Of a DNA stretch of 63,509 nucleotides, positions 55,591 to 63,509 are shown in pieces. The first letter of the stretch is position 1, and the number at the start of each line of letters is the position of its first letter. Position numbers and translations under genes: made by a program. This DNA comes from Acidimicrobiia bacterium (GTDB lineage: Bacteria > Actinomycetota > Acidimicrobiia > Acidimicrobiales > JANYDT01): positions 1-63,509 of the forward strand of contig JAYVSS010000059.1 of assembly GCA_043775075.1 (NCBI GenBank), written 5' to 3'. A model generated the notes under the pieces. That model saw only the letters and a list, made by a program, of their open reading frames with translations. It searched no databases and was not told the origin of the DNA.

Positions 55591-57474
55591 TCAGCCGATC
55601 AAGCTGTCGTCGAACGTAATGCCCCGACCCCCACAGGTCGGACAGGTCCCGGACAGGGCCTCCACCAGCCCTTCGGAGATTCGCTTGCGGGTCATCTCCA
55701 CGAGGCCAAGTTCGGAGATTTCAAAGACCTGGGTCCGAGTTTTATCTCGGCTCAGCGCCGACCGGAACGCCGTCAGCACGGCATCGCGATTGGCCCGAAT
55801 CTCCATATCGATGAAGTCGATCACGATGATTCCACCGATGTCTCGAAGGCGCAGTTGCCGGGCGATTTCATCGGCGGCCTCGAGGTTGTTTCGAAAGACC
55901 GTTTCTTCCAGGTTCGACGACCCGACGTTCTTCCCAGTGTTGACATCAATCACCGTCAGCGCTTCGGTGCGCTCGATGATCAACGAGCCGCCCGACGGAA
56001 GCCACACCTTGCGGTCAATGGCCTTGTGCAACTGTTCGTGAATGTGATTGCGCTCGAAAAGAGGGAGACCCTCCTTGGCGGTGTCGTAGAACTCAACACG
56101 ATCGGCCAGCTCGGGCGTAATGCGCTCGACGTAGGACCGCACCTCGTTGAACAGCTGCGGATCATCGAGGATCACCCCGCGATAGTTGCGATTGAACTCT
56201 TCCCGGATTACTCGGACGGCCAGGTCGGGCTCCCGGTGGAGCAGGGTGGGGCCCTTCGATCGCTTGGCCTTGGCGTCCATCTCGTCCCACAACCGCCCCA
56301 GTTCAACGACGTCGGCCCGCAGTTCCTCGGCCGTCGCCCCTTCCGCCGCGGTCCGTACAATGAGACCGTGGCCCTCGGGCCGCACATCGTCCAGGATGCG
56401 ACGCAGTCGCTTACGTTCGTCGTCCCCGAGGCGCTTGGAAATCCCGTACGTGTCGCTGTTGGGAATGAGCACGACAAAGCGGCCGGGCAGTGAAACTTCC
56501 TGGGTTAGGCGGGCCCCCTTGGCCCCAATCGGGTTCTTGGTGACCTGACAAACGATCAGCTGACCATTTTTCAACATGTCTTCGATGCGGCTGTCGTTCT
56601 GCTTCTTCTTGTTCGAGCGCGAGCCGGCCGGGCCCTCGACATCGGCGAGATCGACGGAGACGTCGCTGCGATAGAGCACAGCGTTTTTCGGCGTGCCGAT
56701 GTCGACGAAGGCTGCTTCCATGCCGGGGAGCACGTTTTGCACCCGGCCTAAGTAGAGGTTCCCGTGGATCTGGGCGACCTGGTCGGTCGGGCGGCTCACG
56801 TAGTGCTCGATCAGCGAGCGGCCTTCAAGTACGGCGATCTGGGTGGCCGCCGGCCGGGTATGCACGCACATGAGGTACCGACCGATCGGCTTGCCGTTGC
56901 GATCTCTCGGCGCCTCACGGTGTGGTTCCGACCCATCCGCTCGACGCTGCTCGCGTCCTTCTGACCCCTTCCCCCGCTTCGCCCGGGGTGATGCTGCCGG
57001 TTGCTTCGCCGGTTCCGGCCGACGTTCGCGAGGAGATTGGGAGCGGGCTATACCGCCTGTTTTGCGCGGAGCGTCGGCCGACTCGGGGACGAGCGTCGCC
57101 ATCTCGTCGCTCGGCGACTCGTTCCGAACCTCACCTTCGTGGGGTGGGTCGGGCAGCTCGGGATCGCGTTCGCTACCGGTGAGCTCCGAGCCGGAATCAC
57201 CGGCTGGGCCTGCTGGCTTGCGGCGGTTCTTCCCACCACGCGAACCCCGCCGTCGTTTACGTGGTGCGTCCCCATCACGTTCGCTTGCGCTTCCACGAGG
57301 CGAGAGAGCTTGGCCGCCAGCACTCGCGGCATCACCAGCACTCGCGGCATCACCAGCATCTGCGGGATTAGCGGCGGTGGGGCCCGACGCTGGGCGCGGA
57401 CGCGATGAAGACGGTTCCACCGCCCCAGCCCCCGAAGGAGACTCGGCCGATACGGACGCAGGATCTAACGGCAT
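55591..57474 (-). CDS. rne: ribonuclease E/G family (RNase E with Arg/Pro-rich N-terminal extension)
   Basis: S1 domain GNLYLGRVQNVLPGMEAAFVDIG, followed by the catalytic core. The N-terminal ~200 aa are low-complexity. Confidence 0.9.
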   Translation of the reverse strand: MPLDPASVSAESPSGAGAVEPSSSRPRPASGPTAANPADAGDAASAGDAASAGGQALSPRGSASERDGDAPRKRRRGSRGGKNRRKPAGPAGDSGSELTGSERDPELPDPPHEGEVRNESPSDEMATLVPESADAPRKTGGIARSQSPRERRPEPAKQPAASPRAKRGKGSEGREQRRADGSEPHREAPRDRNGKPIGRYLMCVHTRPAATQIAVLEGRSLIEHYVSRPTDQVAQIHGNLYLGRVQNVLPGMEAAFVDIGTPKNAVLYRSDVSVDLADVEGPAGSRSNKKKQNDSRIEDMLKNGQLIVCQVTKNPIGAKGARLTQEVSLPGRFVVLIPNSDTYGISKRLGDDERKRLRRILDDVRPEGHGLIVRTAAEGATAEELRADVVELGRLWDEMDAKAKRSKGPTLLHREPDLAVRVIREEFNRNYRGVILDDPQLFNEVRSYVERITPELADRVEFYDTAKEGLPLFERNHIHEQLHKAIDRKVWLPSGGSLIIERTEALTVIDVNTGKNVGSSNLEETVFRNNLEAADEIARQLRLRDIGGIIVIDFIDMEIRANRDAVLTAFRSALSRDKTRTQVFEISELGLVEMTRKRISEGLVEALSGTCPTCGGRGITFDDSLIG

Positions 57475-57621
57475 AACAAGACCTTTCAGCGACCCTCACG
57501 ACATCGGGGCCGGATGGGCGAGGCGACATCGCTGGTGATGAATGGCTCGCATCCGTCACGTTACCGCCGCACAGACCGAAAGGAGCGGAGTTAGCAGCGG
57601 GCTTGCGGCGCCAGACCGTTG

Positions 57622-58764
57622 CTAACGAAAACGGCTGGCGGCCACGTTCAGGACGAGGCCGATGGCAAAAAACGCCGTGATCGTCGAACTTCCGCCGTAG
57701 GTCAGGAACGGGAGCGGGATGCCGGTCACCGGCATAATCCCCATCGTCATCCCCACATTTTCGAAAATTTGGAACATGAACATGCCCAGGACACCGCCGC
57801 AGAGCAACATGCCCTCGGTGTCTCGGGCGACCGCCGACGCCCGCCAAATTCTCCAGCAAATGATCCCGAACAACCCAACCACGACGAACCCGCCGACGAA
57901 GCCCAGCTGCTCGCCGACCACGCTGAAAATAAAATCGGTGTGGCGGGCAGGAACCCAGGAACCTTTGGTCTGCGTCCCCTGGAACAATCCTTGACCGGTC
58001 ACTCCCCCAGCGCCAATGGCGATCTTCGACTGGTACACGTTGTAGGCCGCATCTCGTGCACTGGCGCTGGCATCGATGAACGAGGTCAACCGTTTGACCT
58101 GGTATTCCTTCAGAACGCCAAGACGAATCATCAGCCACGCCATCACCACGCCCGAAACGATGAGGCCCACAATGTGTTTGCCCTGGGCCCCGCCCAGCCA
58201 CAGCATCACGATCACTATCGAGAGATAGACGAGGGCCGTTCCCAGATCGGGGGCAAGAAAGACGAGCAACGTCGGGACCGCAGCAATGGAGAGGGCAACA
58301 ACGAATCGACGCAGATCAAGTTCGCTTCGTTGCGCCGCCCCGTAGGCGGCGAGCGAGCCGATGATGATGATTTTGGTGAATTCAGCCGGCTGTAGCTGAA
58401 AGAGGCCGAGCTGATACCAGCCGTGGGCTCCGTTGTGGGCGGGGACGAGAAAGAGTCCAATCAGGGCGACGACCGCCACGCCGTACGCCAGCGGCATGCG
58501 GTCAAGGAGCTGGCGGTAGTCGATCCGGACACCGACGGCCATCGCGACTAACCCGAAGGTCATGAAAATAATTTGCTTTTTTACGTAGAGGCCGGGGTCA
58601 GCACCGATCGCCGACAGCGAATCGCGGCTGGCGGCAAACACCATCACGAGGCCGATGCCAGAAAGGGCAAGAACAGCGCCGAGGAGCATCACGTCGAGCC
58701 GCTTCACCGTCGAATCAGAGCGAACCGCGGCGCCGGCACTGGCCCGGGGGGCGAAGTCAGTCAT
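57622..58764 (-). CDS. rodA: SEDS-family rod-shape protein RodA
   Basis: Polytopic FtsW/RodA/SpoVE-type sequence. Positioned after mrdA. Confidence 0.9.
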   Translation of the reverse strand: MTDFAPRASAGAAVRSDSTVKRLDVMLLGAVLALSGIGLVMVFAASRDSLSAIGADPGLYVKKQIIFMTFGLVAMAVGVRIDYRQLLDRMPLAYGVAVVALIGLFLVPAHNGAHGWYQLGLFQLQPAEFTKIIIIGSLAAYGAAQRSELDLRRFVVALSIAAVPTLLVFLAPDLGTALVYLSIVIVMLWLGGAQGKHIVGLIVSGVVMAWLMIRLGVLKEYQVKRLTSFIDASASARDAAYNVYQSKIAIGAGGVTGQGLFQGTQTKGSWVPARHTDFIFSVVGEQLGFVGGFVVVGLFGIICWRIWRASAVARDTEGMLLCGGVLGMFMFQIFENVGMTMGIMPVTGIPLPFLTYGGSSTITAFFAIGLVLNVAASRFR

Positions 58765-58765
58765 C

Positions 58766-60946
58766 TCAGAATTCCTTTCCGCCGCTAACTACGGACCGCA
58801 CCGGCTCAAGGGGAAGTCCACAGAGGCCCTCGAATAGGCGGCGAACCCCGGCCGCCGCCTGACGACCGAATCCGCCTTCTTCGATGACGATTACTGCCAC
58901 ATACTTGGGGTTGGGAAGGGGACCAAACCCAACAAAGAGTGAGGTGTCCTGTTTCGGTTTGCGCTGGGCGGTGCCCGTCTTTCCACCGACGCGACAGGTT
59001 CCTGAGGGAAACCCGGCGAATGCTCCTCTCGCCGTTCCACCGTCGGCCGACGTCACATCTTCGAAACCATCAAGGAGCACCGCCCGTTCGGCTTCATTGA
59101 AGTCGAGATGGTTTTCGACAATTGGCTTCACGTTGATCGGTGGCAGCGTTGGACGCACCGGAATCCCCAGGGAGGTCTCAAGGCCTGCAGAGCCCGGTGC
59201 GGTCGTCGTTACAGTCGCCCGATTATCCAGACCGGCGCCGCCGAGAAGCCCGCCTGTAACGACGGTGGTGGTGCTCAGCGAAACCGGGCCGGCGCCTGGT
59301 TCGACCGAGGAGGACGGCGCGACGTTGGTGCTGGTGGCCGAACTCGCCGCGCGCACTGTGCTCGCCGTCGGACGCGTGCTCGGCGCGGGGCCGATGACCC
59401 GTTCACGGGCTTCAAGGTCGATCTTGGCATCGACCACGGTCCCGCCGTTCACGAACGTTCCGTAGGCACGAGCGATTCCGAGCGGCGACGCCAGCACCTC
59501 ACCCTGACCGATCGACACGTTGATCGTGTCGCCGGTGAACCAGCTGTCGTTGGGGAACTTCTTGCGTCCATAGGTGGCAGTTTGCTTCTTACGGTACGTC
59601 TCGTCCGGGACGGCTCCCCCACGCTCGTCGGGTAATCGGACGTTGGTCGGTCGCCCCAGTCCCATGTCTTTGGCCATGGCCTGAATGCCGTTTTCTTTGG
59701 CCTTGGAAAGTTCGGCGAATGCGTTGCCAATTGTGTAGAAGTACACGTCACTTGATTCCCGGATCGCTTTGCGCAGCGTCGTCGGGCCCAACGCCACCTC
59801 ACCGGCGTTCCGCCAACGCCATTTGACGCCCCGTTTGCGGAGGTCCTGGCGCTCAAACGCGCCCTGATCATTGATGACGGTGTCGGGAGTGATCATGCGG
59901 GACTTCAAGCCGGCCAAGGCGGTGAACAGCTTGAACGTCGATCCCGGCGGGTAGAGGCCGTAGGACGCCCGGTTGGTCAACGGAGAGCCCTTGTCGTCAC
60001 CTTTGTATTTCGCTTCGAACAGGTCCTGAGTAATGCTCGGGACGAAGTCACGCGGGTCATACGTCGGGAGGCTAGCCATGGCCAGCACTTCGCCGGTGTT
60101 GGGATCGGTGATGACCCCGGCGCCTGCAGTCGCCTTAATGAAGATGGACGTGTTGTCGGCGTCCACGTTCTGCCGGGCCGCTCGAATCGTTTGCGCCAGC
60201 GTATCTTCTAAGAGTTTTTGGATATCAATGTCGATCGCCAGACGCACGTCCTTGCCCGGAATGGGCTCTTTGACCACCTCGCGGTCGACGACTCGACTGA
60301 GTCGATCTTTGGTGATCCGTTCCGCCCCCGGACTGCCCCGAAGTTCGCGCTCAAAGGATCGCTCGATGCCCACTTTGCCGATGTAGTCCGCACCCGCGTA
60401 TCCGAGGCTGACCGGTTGACGAGCGAGGTCTTCGGCCGAGACTTTTCCCACATACCCCAGTACATGGGCGGCGAGCATGCCGTTCGGGTACACCCGCTCC
60501 CACACCGTTCCGACACTGACCGAGGGATACAGATCTGCGTGTTCGGCCAACTCCACGGCGACCGACTCCTTGACTCGACGGGCCACCTCACGGGGGGCGA
60601 ATTCGCCACCGATGTTGGAATCGAGGTTCTTTTCAAGTTGATAGAACGGCACGTTGAGGAGGGTCGAAAGCCGGCTCAGGACGCGGATGCGGTCCGCCTT
60701 CTTTAGTTTGGTTCGATCGATCCGCACAACATTGAGCGCCAGGTTGTCCACGAGGATGCGGCCGTGGCGATCAAGTATGCGGCCTCGCGTTGGCTCGATG
60801 GCGACGGTCTCGAAAATGTTACGCGCCGCTTGGCGTTTGGCGGCAACTGATTCGACCGTCTGGAGGACGCCAAGTCTGCCGGTCAGGGCCACCAACAGAA
60901 TGAGCACAAAGACTCCCACCACGCGTAGTCGTTGTTGGGTGTTCAT
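58766..60946 (-). CDS. mrdA: penicillin-binding protein 2 (elongation transpeptidase)
   Basis: N-terminal TM helix, PPGSTFK (SxxK) and GGKTGTA (KTG). Has a Thr/Ser/Pro-rich insert. Confidence 0.9.
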   Translation of the reverse strand: MNTQQRLRVVGVFVLILLVALTGRLGVLQTVESVAAKRQAARNIFETVAIEPTRGRILDRHGRILVDNLALNVVRIDRTKLKKADRIRVLSRLSTLLNVPFYQLEKNLDSNIGGEFAPREVARRVKESVAVELAEHADLYPSVSVGTVWERVYPNGMLAAHVLGYVGKVSAEDLARQPVSLGYAGADYIGKVGIERSFERELRGSPGAERITKDRLSRVVDREVVKEPIPGKDVRLAIDIDIQKLLEDTLAQTIRAARQNVDADNTSIFIKATAGAGVITDPNTGEVLAMASLPTYDPRDFVPSITQDLFEAKYKGDDKGSPLTNRASYGLYPPGSTFKLFTALAGLKSRMITPDTVINDQGAFERQDLRKRGVKWRWRNAGEVALGPTTLRKAIRESSDVYFYTIGNAFAELSKAKENGIQAMAKDMGLGRPTNVRLPDERGGAVPDETYRKKQTATYGRKKFPNDSWFTGDTINVSIGQGEVLASPLGIARAYGTFVNGGTVVDAKIDLEARERVIGPAPSTRPTASTVRAASSATSTNVAPSSSVEPGAGPVSLSTTTVVTGGLLGGAGLDNRATVTTTAPGSAGLETSLGIPVRPTLPPINVKPIVENHLDFNEAERAVLLDGFEDVTSADGGTARGAFAGFPSGTCRVGGKTGTAQRKPKQDTSLFVGFGPLPNPKYVAVIVIEEGGFGRQAAAGVRRLFEGLCGLPLEPVRSVVSGGKEF

Positions 60947-61467
60947 CGGGCCGCTTCCGCCGGAACGAACAAGCGACGCACGGCGACCAGAAAGAGCGGT
61001 GTCAGAAGCACGTTCCAGAACGTGGCAAACACGAGAATTGTCACAAATCGCAGGGGGGTGGGAAAGGGTTGCTCGGTCACGGCAAACGCCAGCGAGGGGT
61101 AGAACACCAACCCCAGCACAGTGCCCGACAGCACTGACACCACCAGGGTGGCACGTTCGCGGTCGGGGCTCAGCTGGTCACGAATCGAACCGAGGCCCAA
61201 CCCAATCAGCCCACACACCAAGAGCCAGAGGCCGATCGGGCTGGCCGAGATCAGATCAGCGCCGAGACCGGCGGCGCACCCAAGGAGCGCTCCACCCCGC
61301 GGTCCGAGGTGCAGCGCGCCAACGATGGCCACGAGCAGAAACGGCTCCGGGCGCACGGCGAACAGGGAGAACCGACTGAACAGCAGCACATGCACAACCA
61401 GTACGGTCAGGGTGAGGAGCGCCACTCGGGCAACGGGAAGCGCAGCGTTGCGGTCAACGCCCCTCAC
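60943..61467 (-). CDS. mreD: rod shape-determining protein MreD
   Basis: Small polytopic protein between mreC and mrdA. GTG 61467 was re-called because the track ORF's 5' extension is a translation of the repeat array. Confidence 0.75.
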   Translation of the reverse strand: MRGVDRNAALPVARVALLTLTVLVVHVLLFSRFSLFAVRPEPFLLVAIVGALHLGPRGGALLGCAAGLGADLISASPIGLWLLVCGLIGLGLGSIRDQLSPDRERATLVVSVLSGTVLGLVFYPSLAFAVTEQPFPTPLRFVTILVFATFWNVLLTPLFLVAVRRLFVPAEAAR

Positions 61468-61482
61468 CGGGAATACCCCGGA

Positions 61483-61590
61483 GTCACTGGCCGGTCCATA
61501 ACAAGACAGAAACCTGGCGTCACTGGCCGGTCCATAACAACATAGAAACCTGGCGTCACTGGCCGGTCCATAACAACACAGAGATGTAGA
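61483..61590. repeat. 3 x 36-bp tandem repeat copying the mreC 3' end and stop codon into the mreC-mreD spacer
   Basis: The gtcactggccggtccataacaa... units start at 61483, 61519 and 61555. The authentic mreC stop is at 61556-61558. Confidence 0.95.
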
Positions 61591-62422
61591 CGCTGCGCTC
61601 AATATCGACCACGGGCCGGACCGAGACCTTTTGGTGGATAGTGCCCGGGCGGACCCGCTGCACCCGACCGAGCGGAATTCCCGGCGGGAACCGGCTCCCC
61701 TGCAGCCCACTGGTCACGACCGGCTCTCCCACGGCGATCTGGGTGTCGAGATCGATCAAATCAAGATCGAGCGGCCGACCGGTGGCCGTGCCCCGGGCTA
61801 TTCCGGCGTCACCCGACACGGACAGACGAGCGCCCACGGCCGAAGAGGCATTGGAGATCGGTATGACCCGAGCGCGCCTGGGTCCAACGCCGACGACGAT
61901 GCCCAGCAGACCAGCGCCGGTGACCACCGGCATGTCGACCTTTACGCCCTGATTGGCCCCGACATTGATTTCGATGGTTTCGTCAAAGTTCGAGATGGGC
62001 CCGTCGATGACCCGTCCTTCCACCGAGGAAATACCGATCAACTCACCGTATTTGCGCAGCTCAAGGAGATCGCTGCGCTCGCGCAGGGCGTTCTCGTAGC
62101 GCAGCGACGACGCCCGCGCGTTATCCAATTCGCGCCGCAGCGTGGCGTTTTCCTCCCGCAACGCTTTGTCACCGCCAAAGCGGCCAAGGCCCACGCTGAT
62201 CCCTGATGTTGCTTTGCGGCCCAGATCGCGAACAGGATCAAGTTCCGCCCGGACCCGGTCCCGGACTGGCGTGAGGGTCGACGACGCGGCTAAGAACGTG
62301 AAACCCGTAAGTAACACCAGGGCGAGCAGAAAACGGGGCCGGGAAGACGACGTCACAGCCATTGCCCCGAGTGTACCGACCACGACGTGAGCGTCCGGTG
62401 GGAAACCTGGCCTTCGCCGCAC
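61556..62422 (-). CDS. mreC: rod shape-determining protein MreC
   Basis: TM anchor, coiled-coil (LREENATLRRELDNARAS...), then beta-barrel repeats (...GLLGIVVGVGPRRARV...). Confidence 0.9.
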   Translation of the reverse strand: MRRRPGFPPDAHVVVGTLGAMAVTSSSRPRFLLALVLLTGFTFLAASSTLTPVRDRVRAELDPVRDLGRKATSGISVGLGRFGGDKALREENATLRRELDNARASSLRYENALRERSDLLELRKYGELIGISSVEGRVIDGPISNFDETIEINVGANQGVKVDMPVVTGAGLLGIVVGVGPRRARVIPISNASSAVGARLSVSGDAGIARGTATGRPLDLDLIDLDTQIAVGEPVVTSGLQGSRFPPGIPLGRVQRVRPGTIHQKVSVRPVVDIERSVYISVLLWTGQ

Positions 62423-62446
62423 ACAGTCGGCGCGTGGTGCGACGGA

Positions 62447-63466
62447 CTACGCCCTTCGATCGGAGTCGAGAACGCCCTTCAGCATGTCGTAGTTCTCGAG
62501 GCACTGACCGGTCCCGATAGCGACGGCGAAGAGGGGATTGCGGGCCACGTAGACAGGCATGCCTGTCTCGATCGAAAGACGGTGCTCGAGACCACGCAGC
62601 ATGGCTCCACCGCCGGTGAGGTAGATGCCCTTTTCCATGATGTCGGCGGCCAACTCGGGGGGAGTTTTGTCCAGCGTGATTTTGACCGCGTCGCAAATTG
62701 CGGTCACCGGTTCTTCTATCGCCTCGCGGATATCTTGGGTGGTCGTCACGATGGTTTTCGGTAGCCCGGTCCGAAGATCACGGCCCCGTACTTCGGCACG
62801 CAGTTCCTCGTCGAGCAACCACGCCGACCCGAGGGCAATCTTGACCTCCTCGGCCGTGCGTTCGCCCAGCGCCAGGTCGTACTCTTTGCGGGCGTAGGCG
62901 ATGATGGCGTCGTCGAGTTCGTCGCCGCCGATGCGGATCGATTGGCTGGTGACGATTCCGCCGAGGGAAATAACCGCCACCTCGGTGGTTCCGCCACCAA
63001 TATCGACGACCATATTTCCGGTTGGTTCGTGGACTGGAAGACCGGCGCCGATGGCCGCCGCCATAGGTTCTTCTATCGTGTGCACCTGGCCAGCACCGGC
63101 GAAGCTGGCAGCATCTTCGACGGCGCGTTTCTCCACGCCGGTAATTCCTGACGGGATGCAGATGATCATCCGGGGTTTGGCGAAACGCCGCTGGTGCACA
63201 CGATGAATGAAGTAGCGAAGCATCTGTTCGCACACCTCAAAGTCGGCAATAACGCCGTCTTTGAGCGGCCGGATCGCTTGAATATGGGCCGGCGTGCGCC
63301 CGAGCATGCGTTTGGCCTCGAGCCCCACGGCGACCGGGCGATTCGTCCGGATGTTTATGGCGACGACCGACGGTTCGTTGAGGACGATTCCTCGCCCGCG
63401 TTCGTAGACCAGGGTATTGGCGGTTCCTAGATCAACGGCGAGATCTCGCCCCATGAAAGAAGACAT
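62447..63466 (-). CDS. mreB: rod shape-determining protein MreB
   Basis: [21 protein letters not shown]...[13 protein letters not shown]... The start was re-called to ATG 63466. Confidence 0.95.
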   Translation of the reverse strand: MSSFMGRDLAVDLGTANTLVYERGRGIVLNEPSVVAINIRTNRPVAVGLEAKRMLGRTPAHIQAIRPLKDGVIADFEVCEQMLRYFIHRVHQRRFAKPRMIICIPSGITGVEKRAVEDAASFAGAGQVHTIEEPMAAAIGAGLPVHEPTGNMVVDIGGGTTEVAVISLGGIVTSQSIRIGGDELDDAIIAYARKEYDLALGERTAEEVKIALGSAWLLDEELRAEVRGRDLRTGLPKTIVTTTQDIREAIEEPVTAICDAVKITLDKTPPELAADIMEKGIYLTGGGAMLRGLEHRLSIETGMPVYVARNPLFAVAIGTGQCLENYDMLKGVLDSDRRA

Positions 63467-63509
63467 TGCGGGCCCTTTGCGTTCACGCGGCTCCATCGAA
63501 CCCGAGAAG

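Noticed and set aside
61468-61710. 5' extension of the mreD ORF encoding CCYGPASDARFL three times
   Set aside because: It is a translation of the intergenic 36-bp repeat array and of the mreC 3' end. MreD more plausibly starts at GTG 61467.

Overview
High-GC, gene-dense chromosomal segment with about 70 CDS. It looks Actinomycetota-like, possibly Acidimicrobiia-type, but that is inference from protein signatures only. By eye I found no rRNA, tRNA, CRISPR array, transposase or integrase.

Layout:
- 0-18 kb: housekeeping genes (TrmH-like methylase, rplT-rpmI-infC, hisG, rpe, rsmB-fmt-def, era-CorC-ybeY-phoH).
- 18.8-27.9 kb: an actinobacterial-type Tad/Flp pilus operon. Its genes are SAF/CpaB, a CpaE-like protein, tadA, tadB, tadC, a pilin candidate, three TadE-like pseudopilins and a LysM membrane protein. 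A divergent excisionase-type HTH gene and a duplicated-beta-domain hypothetical gene precede it.
- 27.85-28.9 kb: an AT-richer stretch with almost no convincing ORF.
- 29-39 kb: metabolic genes, a MoxR/VWA pair and proA.
- 39.2-45.9 kb: a Liv-type ABC importer operon carrying a degenerate, membrane-anchored AMP-binding-like protein.
- 46.2-52.3 kb: the block I consider most worth follow-up. It is a translationally coupled operon of four genes: a TerB-like AAA+ ATPase, a periplasmic-binding-fold protein, a binding-fold+VWA lipoprotein and a TM coiled-coil protein. PspA and a small protein follow on the same strand.
- 52.3-63.5 kb: proB-obg, rpmA-rplU, rne, rodA-mrdA-mreD-mreC-mreB.

Recurrent oddity: near-perfect tandem or direct duplications that copy gene 3' ends including the stop codon (three loci), plus in-frame minisatellites in infC, the pilin gene and rne.

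Technical note: the ORF track prints GTG/TTG starts as M, and many track ORFs are 5'-extended. I re-called starts from overlaps, SD-like motifs and family N-termini. Function calls rest on motifs I read in the translations; no database search was possible.
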